Under the pieces are notes generated by a model. It made no database searches. It was not told the DNA's origin and worked only from the letters and a program-made list of their open reading frames with translations. A DNA stretch of 32,087 nt from Thermodesulfobacteriota bacterium (GTDB lineage Bacteria; Desulfobacterota; Desulfobacteria; Desulfobacterales; SURF-7): the NCBI GenBank assembly GCA_049320885.1, contig JBMORA010000003.1, positions 1 to 32,087 of the forward strand, written 5' to 3'. The translations under genes were made by a program, and so were the position numbers. How positions within the stretch are numbered: position 1 is the stretch's first letter; every line of letters starts with the position of its first letter. Positions 1-11,379 of the stretch are shown here, one piece after another.

Positions 1-35
1 CGTTCATTCTGAGCCAGGATCAAACTCTCCAATTA
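1..35 (-). rRNA. rrs: 16S rRNA, 5' end only (runs off the left edge)
   Basis: Reverse complement of 1-28 is AGAGTTTGATCCTGGCTCAGAATGAACG, the universal 16S 5' (27F) region. Mature 5' end estimated about 7 nt upstream. Confidence 0.97.
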
Positions 36-104
36 AATCGAAAACAATCCGCTTCCGCAGATCGTTGTTTAACAAGAGACCCAACTCAATCGTTTTGTCA
101 CTAC

Positions 105-120
105 CTAGTTTTCAAAGATC
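105..120 (-). promoter_or_regulatory. rrn leader boxA-like antitermination sequence
   Basis: Minus strand GATCTTTGAAAACTAG between the promoters and the 16S start; resembles rrn boxA. Confidence 0.7.
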
Positions 121-145
121 GAATCGTTTTCATCGAAACCAGAGA

Positions 146-173
146 ACAATATCAAATTTAAAAAATCTGTCAA
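146..173 (-). promoter_or_regulatory. rrn promoter P2 (sigma70-type)
   Basis: TTGACA (173-168), 16 bp spacer, TATTGT (151-146), with an A/T-rich UP-like tract at about 176-205. Confidence 0.7.
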
Positions 174-230
174 GCATTTTGTGCTAAAATTTTTAAATTT
201 TTTATACCGATCTCCTAAAAACGTTTTTGC

Positions 231-259
231 TTCCTATATTTCTTTGGCTGGCCTGTCAA
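231..259 (-). promoter_or_regulatory. rrn promoter P1 (sigma70-type, non-canonical -10)
   Basis: TTGACA (259-254), 17 bp spacer, TAGGAA (236-231), then GCAAA. Same layout as the tRNA-Pro promoter. Confidence 0.55.
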
Positions 260-337
260 GGACTTTTCGTCTTTTTTCTGCAAATACTCATTAACGAAAA
301 ATCACCAAAAGTTACAGGCTGGCCGATAAAATTTGAA

Positions 338-1621
338 TTATACTATCTTTACAATATGATATTTCTTTTTTCCTGCCCGCAGAATCATTTCATTACGGTT
401 CAGGTCCTCACCCGTCACCACATAATCGGACGCTTGGATCCGCTGATCGTTAATATATGCCCCGCCCTGCTCGATCAATCTTCTGGCTGCGCCACCAGAT
501 GCGGCCAGACCGACCTGTTGAAAAAGCTTGAATGCCGGTATACCTGCGGCCAGCAGGGATAATGACAACTCCGATTGCGGCGCCGAATCATCCTGCGCTT
601 GCACCCCTCCTCGCGGTATTGAGCTGGAAGGCAACAATAAATCAGGGATCTCGCGCGCGCCGAACATGCTGACGGCTGCACGATAAGCCTTCAACGCCTC
701 GTCAGCCCCATGAGCCAGCTTTGTCGCTTCATACGCCAGAACCGACTTCGCATTGTTCAGCTCCGATCCGCCGGTGATTTGGATTTCATTGATTTCATTC
801 ATCGGAATGAAGGTAAATAGCGCCAAAAACCGTTTAACATCCAGATCATCCGTATTAATCCAGAATTGAAAATATTCATACGGGGATGTTTTGGCCGGAT
901 CAAGCCAGACTGCGCCTTGGGCCGTTTTCCCCATTTTGGCCCCGCTGCTGGTTGTAATCAACGGAAATGTAATCCCGCAAACGGTTTGCTGGCGCATCTT
1001 CCGCACCAGTTCTATCCCCGCGACGATGTTCCCCCATTGATCGGCGCCCCCCATTTGGATGCAACAGCCTAATTTATCATACAGATTCAAAAAATCATAC
1101 GCCTGCAACAACATGTAGTTAAATTCGATAAAATTCAACCCTTCTTCAGATTCAAGGCGCATCCGATAACTTTCCGCTTTCAGCATCCGGTTGACACTGA
1201 AATGACGGCCGATATCACGCAAAAACGGAATATATTCAATACCGGTCAGCCATTCGGCGTTGTTCACCAGCAGTGCTCTATCCTCGGAAAAATCGATAAA
1301 ATTCGAAAGCTGTCTCTGCAAACACCCTACATTCCTTGCGACAATATCCGGCGACAGCAATTGCCGCATTTCGGTCTTTCCACTTGGATCGCCCACCAGT
1401 CCGGTTCCACCGCCGACCAAAGCAACCGGACGGTGCCCCGCTTTTTGGAAATGCGCCAGCGACATGATCGGAACCAGGCTTCCGACATGCAGGCTGTCGG
1501 CAGTGGGATCAAAGCCGATATAACAGGTTGCCGGCCCCCCGGATAAAAGCTCTCGTAATTCCTGATCATGAGTGGTGCTTTCGATAAACCCCCGCTCGTT
1601 AAAAATATCCAATATATTCAT
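338..1621 (-). CDS. tyrS: tyrosine--tRNA ligase
   Basis: YIGFDPTADSLHVGS (HIGH), QMGGADQWGNI, KMGKT (KMSKS), C-terminal S4-like domain. Start placed at ATG 1621, just after the rny stop. Confidence 0.97.
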   Translation of the reverse strand: MNILDIFNERGFIESTTHDQELRELLSGGPATCYIGFDPTADSLHVGSLVPIMSLAHFQKAGHRPVALVGGGTGLVGDPSGKTEMRQLLSPDIVARNVGCLQRQLSNFIDFSEDRALLVNNAEWLTGIEYIPFLRDIGRHFSVNRMLKAESYRMRLESEEGLNFIEFNYMLLQAYDFLNLYDKLGCCIQMGGADQWGNIVAGIELVRKMRQQTVCGITFPLITTSSGAKMGKTAQGAVWLDPAKTSPYEYFQFWINTDDLDVKRFLALFTFIPMNEINEIQITGGSELNNAKSVLAYEATKLAHGADEALKAYRAAVSMFGAREIPDLLLPSSSIPRGGVQAQDDSAPQSELSLSLLAAGIPAFKLFQQVGLAASGGAARRLIEQGGAYINDQRIQASDYVVTGEDLNRNEMILRAGKKKYHIVKIV

Positions 1622-1628
1622 TTTATTC

Positions 1629-3203
1629 TCACTTATTCGCGTATTCAACCGCCCGTGTCTCCCGAATGACCGTCACTTTTATCTGACCTGGGAAAGTCAA
1701 TGTTTCTTCTATTTTTTTTACAATATCCCTGCTCAACAGAACAGCATCTTCATCAGTGATTTTATCTCCTTCCACAATTACACGCAGTTCGCGCCCAGCT
1801 TGAATGGCATAGGAGTTTGCGACCCCCTGAAAGGAAGATGCTATTTTTTCCAAATCCTCTAATCTCTTGACGTAATTCTCCAGCAATTCCTTTCTGGCCC
1901 CAGGCCTGGCTCCGGACAGGCTGTCCGCGGCCTGAACCAGCAAATCATAAACCGATGTAGGGGGCACATCCTCGTGATGGGCTGATATCGCCTGAACCAC
2001 CTTTGCCGATTCACCATATTTTTTTGCCAATTTACCGCCGATGATAGCATGGGGGCCCTCGACTTCATGATCGATCGCCTTACCAATGTCATGAAGCAGC
2101 CCCATCCGTTTCGCCAGCTTCTGGTTCAGTCCCAGCTCCGATGCCATGATACCGCATAAAAATCCTACCTCCACCGAGTGCTGCAACACATTTTGGGCAT
2201 AGCTCGTGCGGAATTTCAGTCTGCCGATGACCTTGACAAGCTCCGGATTGATACCATGCACCCCAACGTCGAAGGTTGCCTGTTCCCCGGCTTCCTTGAT
2301 TGCCAAATCCACCTCTTGCTCAACCGTTTTAACAATGTCCTCTATTCTGGCCGGATGGATTCTACCATCGGCTATCAACCGCAGAAGCGACAGACGGGCC
2401 ACCTCTCTTCGTACAGGGTTGAATCCGGAAAGAATGACAGCTTCAGGAGTGTCGTCGATAATCAAATCAATACCGGTAGCCGCTTCCAATGCTCGTATAT
2501 TCCGGCCCTCCCGGCCGATAATCCTTCCTTTCATTTCATCGCTCGGCAATGCCACAACCGAAACGGTCCGCTCAGTGACAAAATCGCCGGAGTATCGTTG
2601 AATAGCGGTGGCAATGATTTTTTTGGCTTTTTTATCCGCTTCCTCTTTTGCCTCGTTTTCAACCCGCTTGATCAGCTTGGCCGCCTCATGGCGGGCCTCA
2701 TTTTCCATGGCATGAATCAACAAATCCTTGGCTTGATCCACCGTCAAACCAGAAATCCGCTCCAGCTGTTTTTTCTGTTCTTCGATCAGGTCATGGTATT
2801 TCTGCTCGCTCTCCGCCAGTTGTTCATCTCTTTTTTGATTTTGCTTTTCCTTCCATACCAGTTCCCGTTCTCTCTTATCCTGCTGTTCCTGCTTGGCTTC
2901 CAGATTTTCAGATTTTTGAGCCAGCCGTTTTTCGATTTTCTTTAATTCCGAACGCGCCTCTCTTGTTTCAGCGTCGAATTCATTTTTCATCTTGAAGAGA
3001 CGGTCTTTGGCTTCAAGCTCAGCCTCCTTTTGGAGTGTCTCCGCCTGCCGTCTGGCCTCTTCGACAATTCGCTCCGCTTCGCTTTCGATCGATTCCCGTT
3101 TCTTTTTTGCCGCCCGATTCCGCAACCAATATGCGACTGCAAATCCGGCACCGCCACCCACCCCCAATACCAATACTAAATTCAATATATTGAATTCGTT
3201 CAT
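1629..3203 (-). CDS. rny: ribonuclease Y
   Basis: N-terminal TM, long coiled coil, KH domain ([14 protein letters not shown]), HD domain (LLHDIGK), C-terminal [15 protein letters not shown]. Confidence 0.97.
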   Translation of the reverse strand: MNEFNILNLVLVLGVGGGAGFAVAYWLRNRAAKKKRESIESEAERIVEEARRQAETLQKEAELEAKDRLFKMKNEFDAETREARSELKKIEKRLAQKSENLEAKQEQQDKRERELVWKEKQNQKRDEQLAESEQKYHDLIEEQKKQLERISGLTVDQAKDLLIHAMENEARHEAAKLIKRVENEAKEEADKKAKKIIATAIQRYSGDFVTERTVSVVALPSDEMKGRIIGREGRNIRALEAATGIDLIIDDTPEAVILSGFNPVRREVARLSLLRLIADGRIHPARIEDIVKTVEQEVDLAIKEAGEQATFDVGVHGINPELVKVIGRLKFRTSYAQNVLQHSVEVGFLCGIMASELGLNQKLAKRMGLLHDIGKAIDHEVEGPHAIIGGKLAKKYGESAKVVQAISAHHEDVPPTSVYDLLVQAADSLSGARPGARKELLENYVKRLEDLEKIASSFQGVANSYAIQAGRELRVIVEGDKITDEDAVLLSRDIVKKIEETLTFPGQIKVTVIRETRAVEYANK

Positions 3204-3368
3204 CGCTATCCCTCAACCACACCATAATAAAAATAGTAACAGTTTGCATTCATAGTAGAATATACTCATCCCCGACAATGTAAGAAATTTGAACAATCCG
3301 ATTATAAAGGTAAAATCTGTCTGGAAAGGGCGTACGGGGTATTCAGGATGGGAATCAAAAAAGAAGAG

Positions 3369-3547
3369 GACCCCCGCATAAGTGTCGTGTTAAAAGGCCT
3401 TTGAGCCAGAGCATCAAAGGAGGGGGCCTTGTAGTTTCTTTAGGCTTTTCTGTACGGGCAGAACCTGCTCACCGAAACCAGGAAAGGCTCCCGAATTATA
3501 AGTGTTGGGACAAAGAACATCTTTTAATCACGAACACAGCAGGGGTC
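3369..3547 (-). ncRNA. ssrS: 6S RNA
   Basis: About 180 nt directly downstream of zapA. Ends pair into a long closing stem (GACCCCTGC.GTGTTCGTG..TAAAAG with CTTTTAACACGACAC..GCGGGGGTC), with a central bubble and a following U-rich tract. Canonical zapA-ssrS synteny. Confidence 0.88.
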
Positions 3548-3648
3548 GCATACTCAAATTTATGTTGAAATCTAGGAACATTAAACTGAATCGAGCTATT
3601 CCGACGAAACATTCCTGCTAATCTTATATCCTAATTCCGCCGTATTGT

Positions 3649-3942
3649 CTATTGCAGATTCAGGTCTATCCTGCTGGCGAGCAAAGCGGATCTGGCAGAG
3701 ATATGTTGCAGCAGCTCATTATATTTTCTTTTTAGTTCAATATATTCACTCGATATGTTGAGCCCCGCCAAGATCAGGATGGTCATTTTGTTCATCCCCA
3801 TGCTTGTTTTATCTATCTGGTGCTCAACGATAGCGACCTCGCGTGCTAACAAGTCAGCTACCTCTTCGGCGCCCTGAACGCCTGCCTCTGCCTTAAACGT
3901 GTATCTCTGTCCGAATAACTCAATCGTAATCAGTTCGTCCAA
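3649..3942 (-). CDS. zapA: cell division protein ZapA
   Basis: ITIELFGQRYTF...ILAGLNI pattern, 97 aa, TTG start, upstream of 6S RNA. Confidence 0.88.
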   Translation of the reverse strand: MDELITIELFGQRYTFKAEAGVQGAEEVADLLAREVAIVEHQIDKTSMGMNKMTILILAGLNISSEYIELKRKYNELLQHISARSALLASRIDLNLQ

Positions 3943-3980
3943 TATTCCGACTTTTACCCTGGTTGAGTTCAGCCTTGCTT

Positions 3981-4229
3981 TTAAAAAGGACCGGATTCAT
4001 CTAAATGGTGTAACTTTCCCAACAAATTATCAATTTTTTGACGTACCTGATCCCTTTGCTCCTGATAGAACTTTTCCGCCTCGACTTTTTCCGAAAGTTT
4101 TCGTTCCAGATCTTCTATTCTTGTTTTTAATTCGGAATTCGCCACCCCTAGAGATTTGCAGACTTCGATCAGTTTATCAACCTTCCCCTCAATTTCGTCA
4201 AATTGACGTAATACCCCTTTGTCAAACAA
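3981..4229 (-). CDS. zapB: ZapB-like coiled-coil cell division protein
   Basis: Short, entirely coiled-coil protein upstream of zapA. SD GAGGTG (4241-4236) favours the TTG at 4229 over the GTG at 4238. Confidence 0.7.
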   Translation of the reverse strand: MFDKGVLRQFDEIEGKVDKLIEVCKSLGVANSELKTRIEDLERKLSEKVEAEKFYQEQRDQVRQKIDNLLGKLHHLDESGPF

Positions 4230-4255
4230 GATTTTCACCTCATATTTTATAATTC

Positions 4256-4285
4256 ACTATAAACTCGATTTTTAGGCAAAGTCAA
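4256..4285 (-). promoter_or_regulatory. putative zapB-zapA promoter
   Basis: TTGACT (4285-4280), 18 bp spacer, TATAGT (4261-4256); overlaps the glmU stop. Confidence 0.5.
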
Positions 4286-5031
4286 GTTATTTTCCCCTTC
4301 CGCTTTTCCAATAGTTTTCCTGCCATCTCCAGATCTTGGGGGCTGTTGATCCCGATCACTTCATCCGGATCAGTGCCGACCAGTACTCCGATTTTCATTC
4401 CAGTTCGCTTTCCGATTCCAACGATATCGGTCAGATAAAATTCGTTCTGTTTGTTTTCGGGCCTGATCTGCAATACGGCTTTTTCAAGCTGTTCCCGATT
4501 GACGCAATATATACCTGAATTAATAGTCTTTACACGCCTCTCTTCCTCCGTTGCGTCCGCTTCTTCAACGATCTTTTCCACCCCGCCATCAGGTCCGACA
4601 ATAACCCTGCCATATCCGGTAGGAATATCAACCTCCACCACCAACACCGTAATGTCGTGGTGATTCCCCCGATGGCTATCGATCAGGCGAATCAGTGTGT
4701 CTTCCGTCACCAACGGCACATCGCCGCACAAAATCACGATTTCCCGTATATGAACCGGTATTTCCGGAAGGGCGCATTTCACCGCATGCCCTGTGCCGAG
4801 TTGCTTTTCCTGGATCGCAAAGCGCACAGTAAAAAATTCAGAGATCGTGTCCCGAACCTGTTCAGCCTGGTGCCCGGTAACAATGACGATGTTTTCGCCC
4901 ACCACCCGCTTGGCGGTCTCCACGACATACAGAACCATCGGCCGTCCATGTAGGCAATGCAACACTTTGGCCTTGTCCGACTTCATCCGCTTGCCAAGCC
5001 CTGCTGCAAGTATAATGACCGCTGTCTTCAT
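4282..5031 (-). CDS. glmU: GlmU N-terminal-type nucleotidyltransferase (uridyltransferase domain only, 249 aa)
   Basis: ILAAGLGKRMKSDKAK, QLGTGHAV, CGDVPL, GYGRV, INSGIY, EFYLTD, GINS motifs. Ends before the hexapeptide acetyltransferase domain. Confidence 0.85.
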   Translation of the reverse strand: MKTAVIILAAGLGKRMKSDKAKVLHCLHGRPMVLYVVETAKRVVGENIVIVTGHQAEQVRDTISEFFTVRFAIQEKQLGTGHAVKCALPEIPVHIREIVILCGDVPLVTEDTLIRLIDSHRGNHHDITVLVVEVDIPTGYGRVIVGPDGGVEKIVEEADATEEERRVKTINSGIYCVNREQLEKAVLQIRPENKQNEFYLTDIVGIGKRTGMKIGVLVGTDPDEVIGINSPQDLEMAGKLLEKRKGKIT

Positions 5032-5052
5032 AATATCACCCCAATAGCCAAT

Positions 5053-5094
5053 AAAAAGGCCGCACCATTTTCTGAATGGTAACGGCCTCTTTTT
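5053..5094. terminator. intrinsic terminator after atpC (possibly bidirectional)
   Basis: AAAAAGGCCGCACCATT-TTCT-GAATGGTAACGGCCTCTTTTT: hairpin with A/T tracts on both sides. Confidence 0.75.
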
Positions 5095-5158
5095 ACTGTC
5101 GTGCAAACGAAATTCATTCGTTATGCCGATATATGTTCTGATTCGTGTTTAGCTATCG

Positions 5159-5566
5159 CTATCGAGAGCTCGCAATCCTGATTCTGTGAATTGCGCGTTC
5201 CAGCGCCGCTTTTGCCCTTGTGAAGTCGAGGTCCTGGCGATGCTCCTCAAGCCTCTTTTGGGCTCGCTCCAATGCCGATTTCGCACGCTCCAGATCAATA
5301 TCTTTCCGTCTTTCCGCTGACTCCGCAAGAATGGTGACTTTTTCCGGAAGCGCTTCGGCAAACCCTCCGCTCACGAATACCTGTCTTTCCTGGCCTTTTG
5401 CATCCGTGTAGCGCAATGTTCCGGTTTTCAGAGTGGTCATGAAGGAAGTATGGCCGACAAGCACGCCAAAGTCTCCCAGCTCTCCAGGCGCCACGACGAT
5501 CTGGGCCTCCTCCTTGACAACTTCTTTTTCCGGAGTAACGATCTCCAGTTGTATATTTCCAGCCAT
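5159..5566 (-). CDS. atpC: ATP synthase F1 epsilon
   Basis: LEIVTPE, GDFGVLVGH, VSGGFAE motifs; last gene of the operon. Confidence 0.96.
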   Translation of the reverse strand: MAGNIQLEIVTPEKEVVKEEAQIVVAPGELGDFGVLVGHTSFMTTLKTGTLRYTDAKGQERQVFVSGGFAEALPEKVTILAESAERRKDIDLERAKSALERAQKRLEEHRQDLDFTRAKAALERAIHRIRIASSR

Positions 5567-5581
5567 GATGAGCCCCCGATC

Positions 5582-6997
<1,416 letters not shown>

Positions 6998-7039
6998 CTA
7001 CTGACCTCCTCCTATAAAAAATTCGGTATTTGTATTTTT

Positions 7040-7933
7040 TTAACCCTTTAGGGCCTCGGCGCCTCCGACGATGTCCATCAATTCTGCGGTAATAGACGCC
7101 TGTCGGGCTTTGTTATACGCCAACGTGAGTTCACCGATCATATCGTTGCATGCTTTGGTGGCATTATCCATGGCCATCATGCGCGCGGCATGCTCGCTCG
7201 TGGAAGTCTCCAGCAAGGCGCTGAATATCTGAATATAAACATTTCTCGGCAACAGACTTCCCAATAATTGGTCGGGTGAAGGCTCACAGATATGCTCGGC
7301 CACATAGTGCTTTTCTGCATCCATCGATACCTTCTCGGCGGAAGCAACCGGCGGAATCGGCAAAAGTTGCCTGATTTGCGGCGGCTGCTTCGACATTGCC
7401 TGGAACTCTGCATAAATCACATGAACCTCGTCATGAGTTCCTTTCAGGAAGCCGTCGATCAGCTTCCGCCCTGCATTGGCAGCCACGTTGAAATTCAATT
7501 TCGTCCCCATGATTCCGATATGGGCGTCATCAATGGTGATTTTTTCCCCCCGGCACCAGTCCCGGCCCTTTTTACCGAAAACGGTGAAGGACACGGACAC
7601 TCCGTCCGCGGCCTTGCTCTTGATGAATTTATCCGCTTTCTCAATCAGATTCGCGTTGAAACCGCCGCACAGCCCGCGATCGGAGGTACAAAGGACAACA
7701 TGTATATTTTTCACCTCTTCACGAGGAATCAGCAAGGGATTCGCGTTCTCGCCCGCCTTGTCGGCCAAGCTTCCCAGCACTTCGGCGAATTTATGCGCAT
7801 AAGGCCGGAAATTTTCCATACTGGTCTGAGCGCCGCGCAGTTTCGATGCCGCAACCATGTTCATCGCTTTTGTAATCTGCCTGGTTTTCTTAACGGCCGA
7901 GATCTTGAGTTTTACTTCTTTTAATGTAGCCAT
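7040..7933 (-). CDS. atpG: ATP synthase F1 gamma
   Basis: QITKAMNMVAASK, SDRGLCGGFN, YNKARQASITAEL. Confidence 0.98.
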   Translation of the reverse strand: MATLKEVKLKISAVKKTRQITKAMNMVAASKLRGAQTSMENFRPYAHKFAEVLGSLADKAGENANPLLIPREEVKNIHVVLCTSDRGLCGGFNANLIEKADKFIKSKAADGVSVSFTVFGKKGRDWCRGEKITIDDAHIGIMGTKLNFNVAANAGRKLIDGFLKGTHDEVHVIYAEFQAMSKQPPQIRQLLPIPPVASAEKVSMDAEKHYVAEHICEPSPDQLLGSLLPRNVYIQIFSALLETSTSEHAARMMAMDNATKACNDMIGELTLAYNKARQASITAELMDIVGGAEALKG

Positions 7934-7976
7934 TACAGGTCAACCTTTATCCGTTTTTTCTCTGGTTAATCGCAAA

Positions 7977-9494
7977 TTATTTTATGGTGTCCTTAAACTC
8001 TTCACCATATGCTTCCAGTGCGGTTCTCATCAGCTTTTCAATGTCTTCGGTGATCTGCTGTTTTTCCTTCAATCCTTTGAAAACCTGCGGGAATCTTTCT
8101 TCGATAAACGGATAGAGACCGGCCTCGTATTTCGCGACAACATCCACCGGAAAATTGTCTAGATATCCTCTGGTGCCGGCGAACAGGATGGTGACCTGTT
8201 TTTCCATGGGCAAAGGTTGATATTGCGGCTGTTTGAGGATTTGCACCAAACGCTGGCCCCTGGTGAGCTGCTTCTGGGTGGCGGCATCCAAATCGGAACC
8301 GAAAGCGGCAAACGCCTCCAATTCCCTGAACTGGGCCATGTCAAGCCGCAGGGTTCCGGCAACCTGCTTCATGGCTTTTACCTGGGCAGCGCCACCGACG
8401 CGGGAAACCGAGAGCCCCACGTTAATGGCCGGACGGACACCGGCAAAAAAGAGGCTGGGTTCAAGATAAATCTGACCGTCGGTAATGGAAATAACGTTGG
8501 TGGGGATGTATGCGGAAACGTCACCCGCCTGGGTTTCGATAATCGGAAGGGCGGTCAGTGAACCAGCGCCCAGTTCATCACTCAGTTTCGCGGAGCGTTC
8601 CAACAGACGAGAATGGTTGTAAAAAATATCACCCGGGTACGCTTCGCGTCCCGGAGGTCGCCTCAACAAGAGGGAAACCTGGCGATAAGCCGCGGCCTGC
8701 TTTGACAAGTCATCATAAATGATCAGCGCATGCTGGCCTTTATCCCGGAAATATTCGCCCATGGCGCATCCGGCGTAAGGGGCGATGAACTGCAGCGTCG
8801 CCGGATCACTGGCGCAGGCGGAAACGATGGTGGTGTATTCCATTGCGCCGTGTTTTTCCAGAATTGCATGAACCTGCGCAACGGTGGACTTTTTCTGGCC
8901 GCAAGCGACGTAAATACAATAAATCCCGGATTCTTTCTGGGCAATGATCGCGTCGATGGCGCAGGCGGTTTTCCCGATCTGGCGGTCGCCGATAATGAGC
9001 TCGCGCTGACCGCGTCCCACAGGCGTCATGGCGTCAACGGCTTTCAAACCGGTGTAGCAAGGTTCATGCACGCTTTTACGAGCGATGACACCGGGTGCGA
9101 CCATTTCTACACGGCGTGTGTCCTTGGCGTCGATGGGGCCCTTGCCGTCCAGTGGTTCCCCCACCGCCGACACCACGCGTCCCAGAACCGCCTCACCTAC
9201 CGGTACCTCGGCGATGCGACCGGTGCGTTTGACGATATCGCCTTCCTTGATATGGGTAACTTCACCCATAACGGCAATACCCACATTGTCTTCTTCCAGG
9301 TTCAGGGCAAGGCCGAGAGTGCCGTCGGGGAACTCGACAAGCTCCATGGCCATGACTTCTTCCAGGCCGTAAACCCTGGCAATACCATCGCCGACAGACA
9401 AGACAATTCCTGTTTCGCTCAGTTCGACCTTCTTGTCGAAATCCTTGATCTGTTGCTTAATGACTTGACTTATTTCTTCAGCTCTTAGTTCCAT
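7977..9494 (-). CDS. atpA: ATP synthase F1 alpha
   Basis: [31 protein letters not shown]. Confidence 0.99.
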   Translation of the reverse strand: MELRAEEISQVIKQQIKDFDKKVELSETGIVLSVGDGIARVYGLEEVMAMELVEFPDGTLGLALNLEEDNVGIAVMGEVTHIKEGDIVKRTGRIAEVPVGEAVLGRVVSAVGEPLDGKGPIDAKDTRRVEMVAPGVIARKSVHEPCYTGLKAVDAMTPVGRGQRELIIGDRQIGKTACAIDAIIAQKESGIYCIYVACGQKKSTVAQVHAILEKHGAMEYTTIVSACASDPATLQFIAPYAGCAMGEYFRDKGQHALIIYDDLSKQAAAYRQVSLLLRRPPGREAYPGDIFYNHSRLLERSAKLSDELGAGSLTALPIIETQAGDVSAYIPTNVISITDGQIYLEPSLFFAGVRPAINVGLSVSRVGGAAQVKAMKQVAGTLRLDMAQFRELEAFAAFGSDLDAATQKQLTRGQRLVQILKQPQYQPLPMEKQVTILFAGTRGYLDNFPVDVVAKYEAGLYPFIEERFPQVFKGLKEKQQITEDIEKLMRTALEAYGEEFKDTIK

Positions 9495-10045
9495 TAGACA
9501 CTCTCACCCCTTTTTAAAGATTCTTTCATATTGAATAACTGGGTTTTGATACTGCCGTCCAATATAAGATCCCCTATCTGCGTGACCACACCGCCGATCA
9601 GACTTGCATCCTGTTTGCATTCCAGAATGATTTCCTTGCCGACCATTTTCGAAAGGGATAAACGGATCTTTTCAACAGCCTCGGTTGAAAGCATAGCTGC
9701 GGACGTTACGCTCGCCCGGGCAACACCTTTCAACTCGTCCGCCAGTTTTTGGTAATTTTGATTGATAAGACTGATAAAGTTGATCCGTCCTTTATCAAAA
9801 AGCAGCAGTAAAAAAGATTTCATGACGGGGGTCAATTTCAATTTACCGATGATTGCTTCCAGGATCTTGCGCCGGGATTCGTTGGCATAGATGGGATTGT
9901 ACACTGCCTGCCGAAGCGTGTGCTCCTTCTCCATCAACTGGGCCATCCCATTCAGTTCATCCCGGTAGTTTTCCGCCTGGCCGTCTTCCTTACCGATAAG
10001 CATCAGTGCCTTGGCATATCGCCTTGCTACTGCCGAATTCTTCAC
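9494..10045 (-). CDS. atpH: ATP synthase F1 delta
   Basis: VARRYAKAL and SLIGGV...[10 protein letters not shown] motifs; operon position. Confidence 0.95.
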   Translation of the reverse strand: MKNSAVARRYAKALMLIGKEDGQAENYRDELNGMAQLMEKEHTLRQAVYNPIYANESRRKILEAIIGKLKLTPVMKSFLLLLFDKGRINFISLINQNYQKLADELKGVARASVTSAAMLSTEAVEKIRLSLSKMVGKEIILECKQDASLIGGVVTQIGDLILDGSIKTQLFNMKESLKRGESV

Positions 10046-10725
10046 AATGCCACCACCTTATCTAAGTATTCATCCACCAGTCTGTCCTGATCTTTGGACG
10101 TAATCTTGCTCTGAATAAGTGCCTCCGCCTTGGCCAATGATTTTTCCAGAAGTTCTGTTCTCAGCTGCATTTTTGCCTGCTGGAATTCATGGGCGATGGT
10201 CCGACGGGCCTGCTCCTCCAGTTTTTCGGCAGCTTTCTTGGATTCCTCCAAAATCCGCTTCTTCGATTCCTCACCCTGGCGGACGAATTCCGCGACGATT
10301 TTCTCCGCCTCCTGATCCAGCAGCTGGATCTGCCGATCATATTCCGCCAATTTCTTCTCCGCCGCCTTCTTTTTGGCCTCCAGTTCTTCCAGTTGATTTT
10401 GAATGCCCTTGATCCTTCCATTCAAGGATTGTGACAGGGGCTTGCGCAAAACCAAAAACAGAACAGCGGCAAGAACGACGAAATTCATCACCCGGGCAGT
10501 GTCGGTCGTCGCCCAGTGCTTGACCCCGGACGACTCACCGTGTGATGACCCTCCATGCTCCGCATCCGCTTTGGCATGCCCGGAATCTGTTGCCGAATGT
10601 TCGGCATCCGCTTTTCCATGGTCGGCATCAGCGGACGCCAATGCCGCGCCGCCCAGCCCCAACCATACCAGCAATGCCGCAAGAAAGATGAATCCTGCAA
10701 CCGTATGGTGCTTATTGACCCACAT
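10042..10725 (-). CDS. atpF: ATP synthase Fo subunit b with N-terminal leader and His-rich extension
   Basis: RVMNFVVLAAVLFLVLRKP TM, then coiled coil, ending DQDRLVDEYL. Confidence 0.92.
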   Translation of the reverse strand: MWVNKHHTVAGFIFLAALLVWLGLGGAALASADADHGKADAEHSATDSGHAKADAEHGGSSHGESSGVKHWATTDTARVMNFVVLAAVLFLVLRKPLSQSLNGRIKGIQNQLEELEAKKKAAEKKLAEYDRQIQLLDQEAEKIVAEFVRQGEESKKRILEESKKAAEKLEEQARRTIAHEFQQAKMQLRTELLEKSLAKAEALIQSKITSKDQDRLVDEYLDKVVAL

Positions 10726-11261
10726 TACATCGCCCTCCCCAATATCTTCTCTCCGATGATTGCGGCGAACGCGTCGATTTCCTTCGCCAGCGTACCCCTC
10801 ACCGAAGCGGTGTCCTTCGCAATCTTCTCCTTGGTCTCCGCCAGATTTTCCTGGGCCTTGCGGTTGATTTCGGCTATCAGCTTTGCTTCCTCTTCCGCGG
10901 CAGCGTCCACGATCATTTGTTTCTGCTTCAACCCTTTCGTTCTCGCATCCTTGATTCCTTCGCCATAAGCATCGTCTTTTCTCTGCGCATCCTGGCTGAG
11001 CTTCTCAACACTCTTCTCCAACCCGGAAACCTTCTCTTTTCTTTGCGCAATCATTTTGCGTATGGGCTTATACAACAGCATGTTCAACGCCCAGATCAGC
11101 AAAAGGAAATTGACTATCTGAACAATTACCGACGCGTCCGGGATGACTGAAATCCCACCCCCGGAGGCGTAGGCGCTTGTTGCGCCCGAAACCGCGGCCG
11201 CAAAAATGACGGCGCACTGCTTACCCACGGATACAATCCGCCCCAACCCAGCGATTCCCAT
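10725..11261 (-). CDS. ATP synthase Fo subunit b'
   Basis: VQIVNFLLLIWALNMLLYKPI TM plus coiled coil, ending EKILGR; first gene of the atp operon. Start codon uncertain. Confidence 0.88.
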   Translation of the reverse strand: MGIAGLGRIVSVGKQCAVIFAAAVSGATSAYASGGGISVIPDASVIVQIVNFLLLIWALNMLLYKPIRKMIAQRKEKVSGLEKSVEKLSQDAQRKDDAYGEGIKDARTKGLKQKQMIVDAAAEEEAKLIAEINRKAQENLAETKEKIAKDTASVRGTLAKEIDAFAAIIGEKILGRAM

Positions 11262-11379
11262 AACCCCTCACCCTGAAATAACTTGTTTTTTTACTTAAAT
11301 TTCAAAATCTTAAACCCATAAATCCACATAAGCCTTTTTTACTTTAAAGGTGGTACCTACCATTAGCGATAACAATTTG

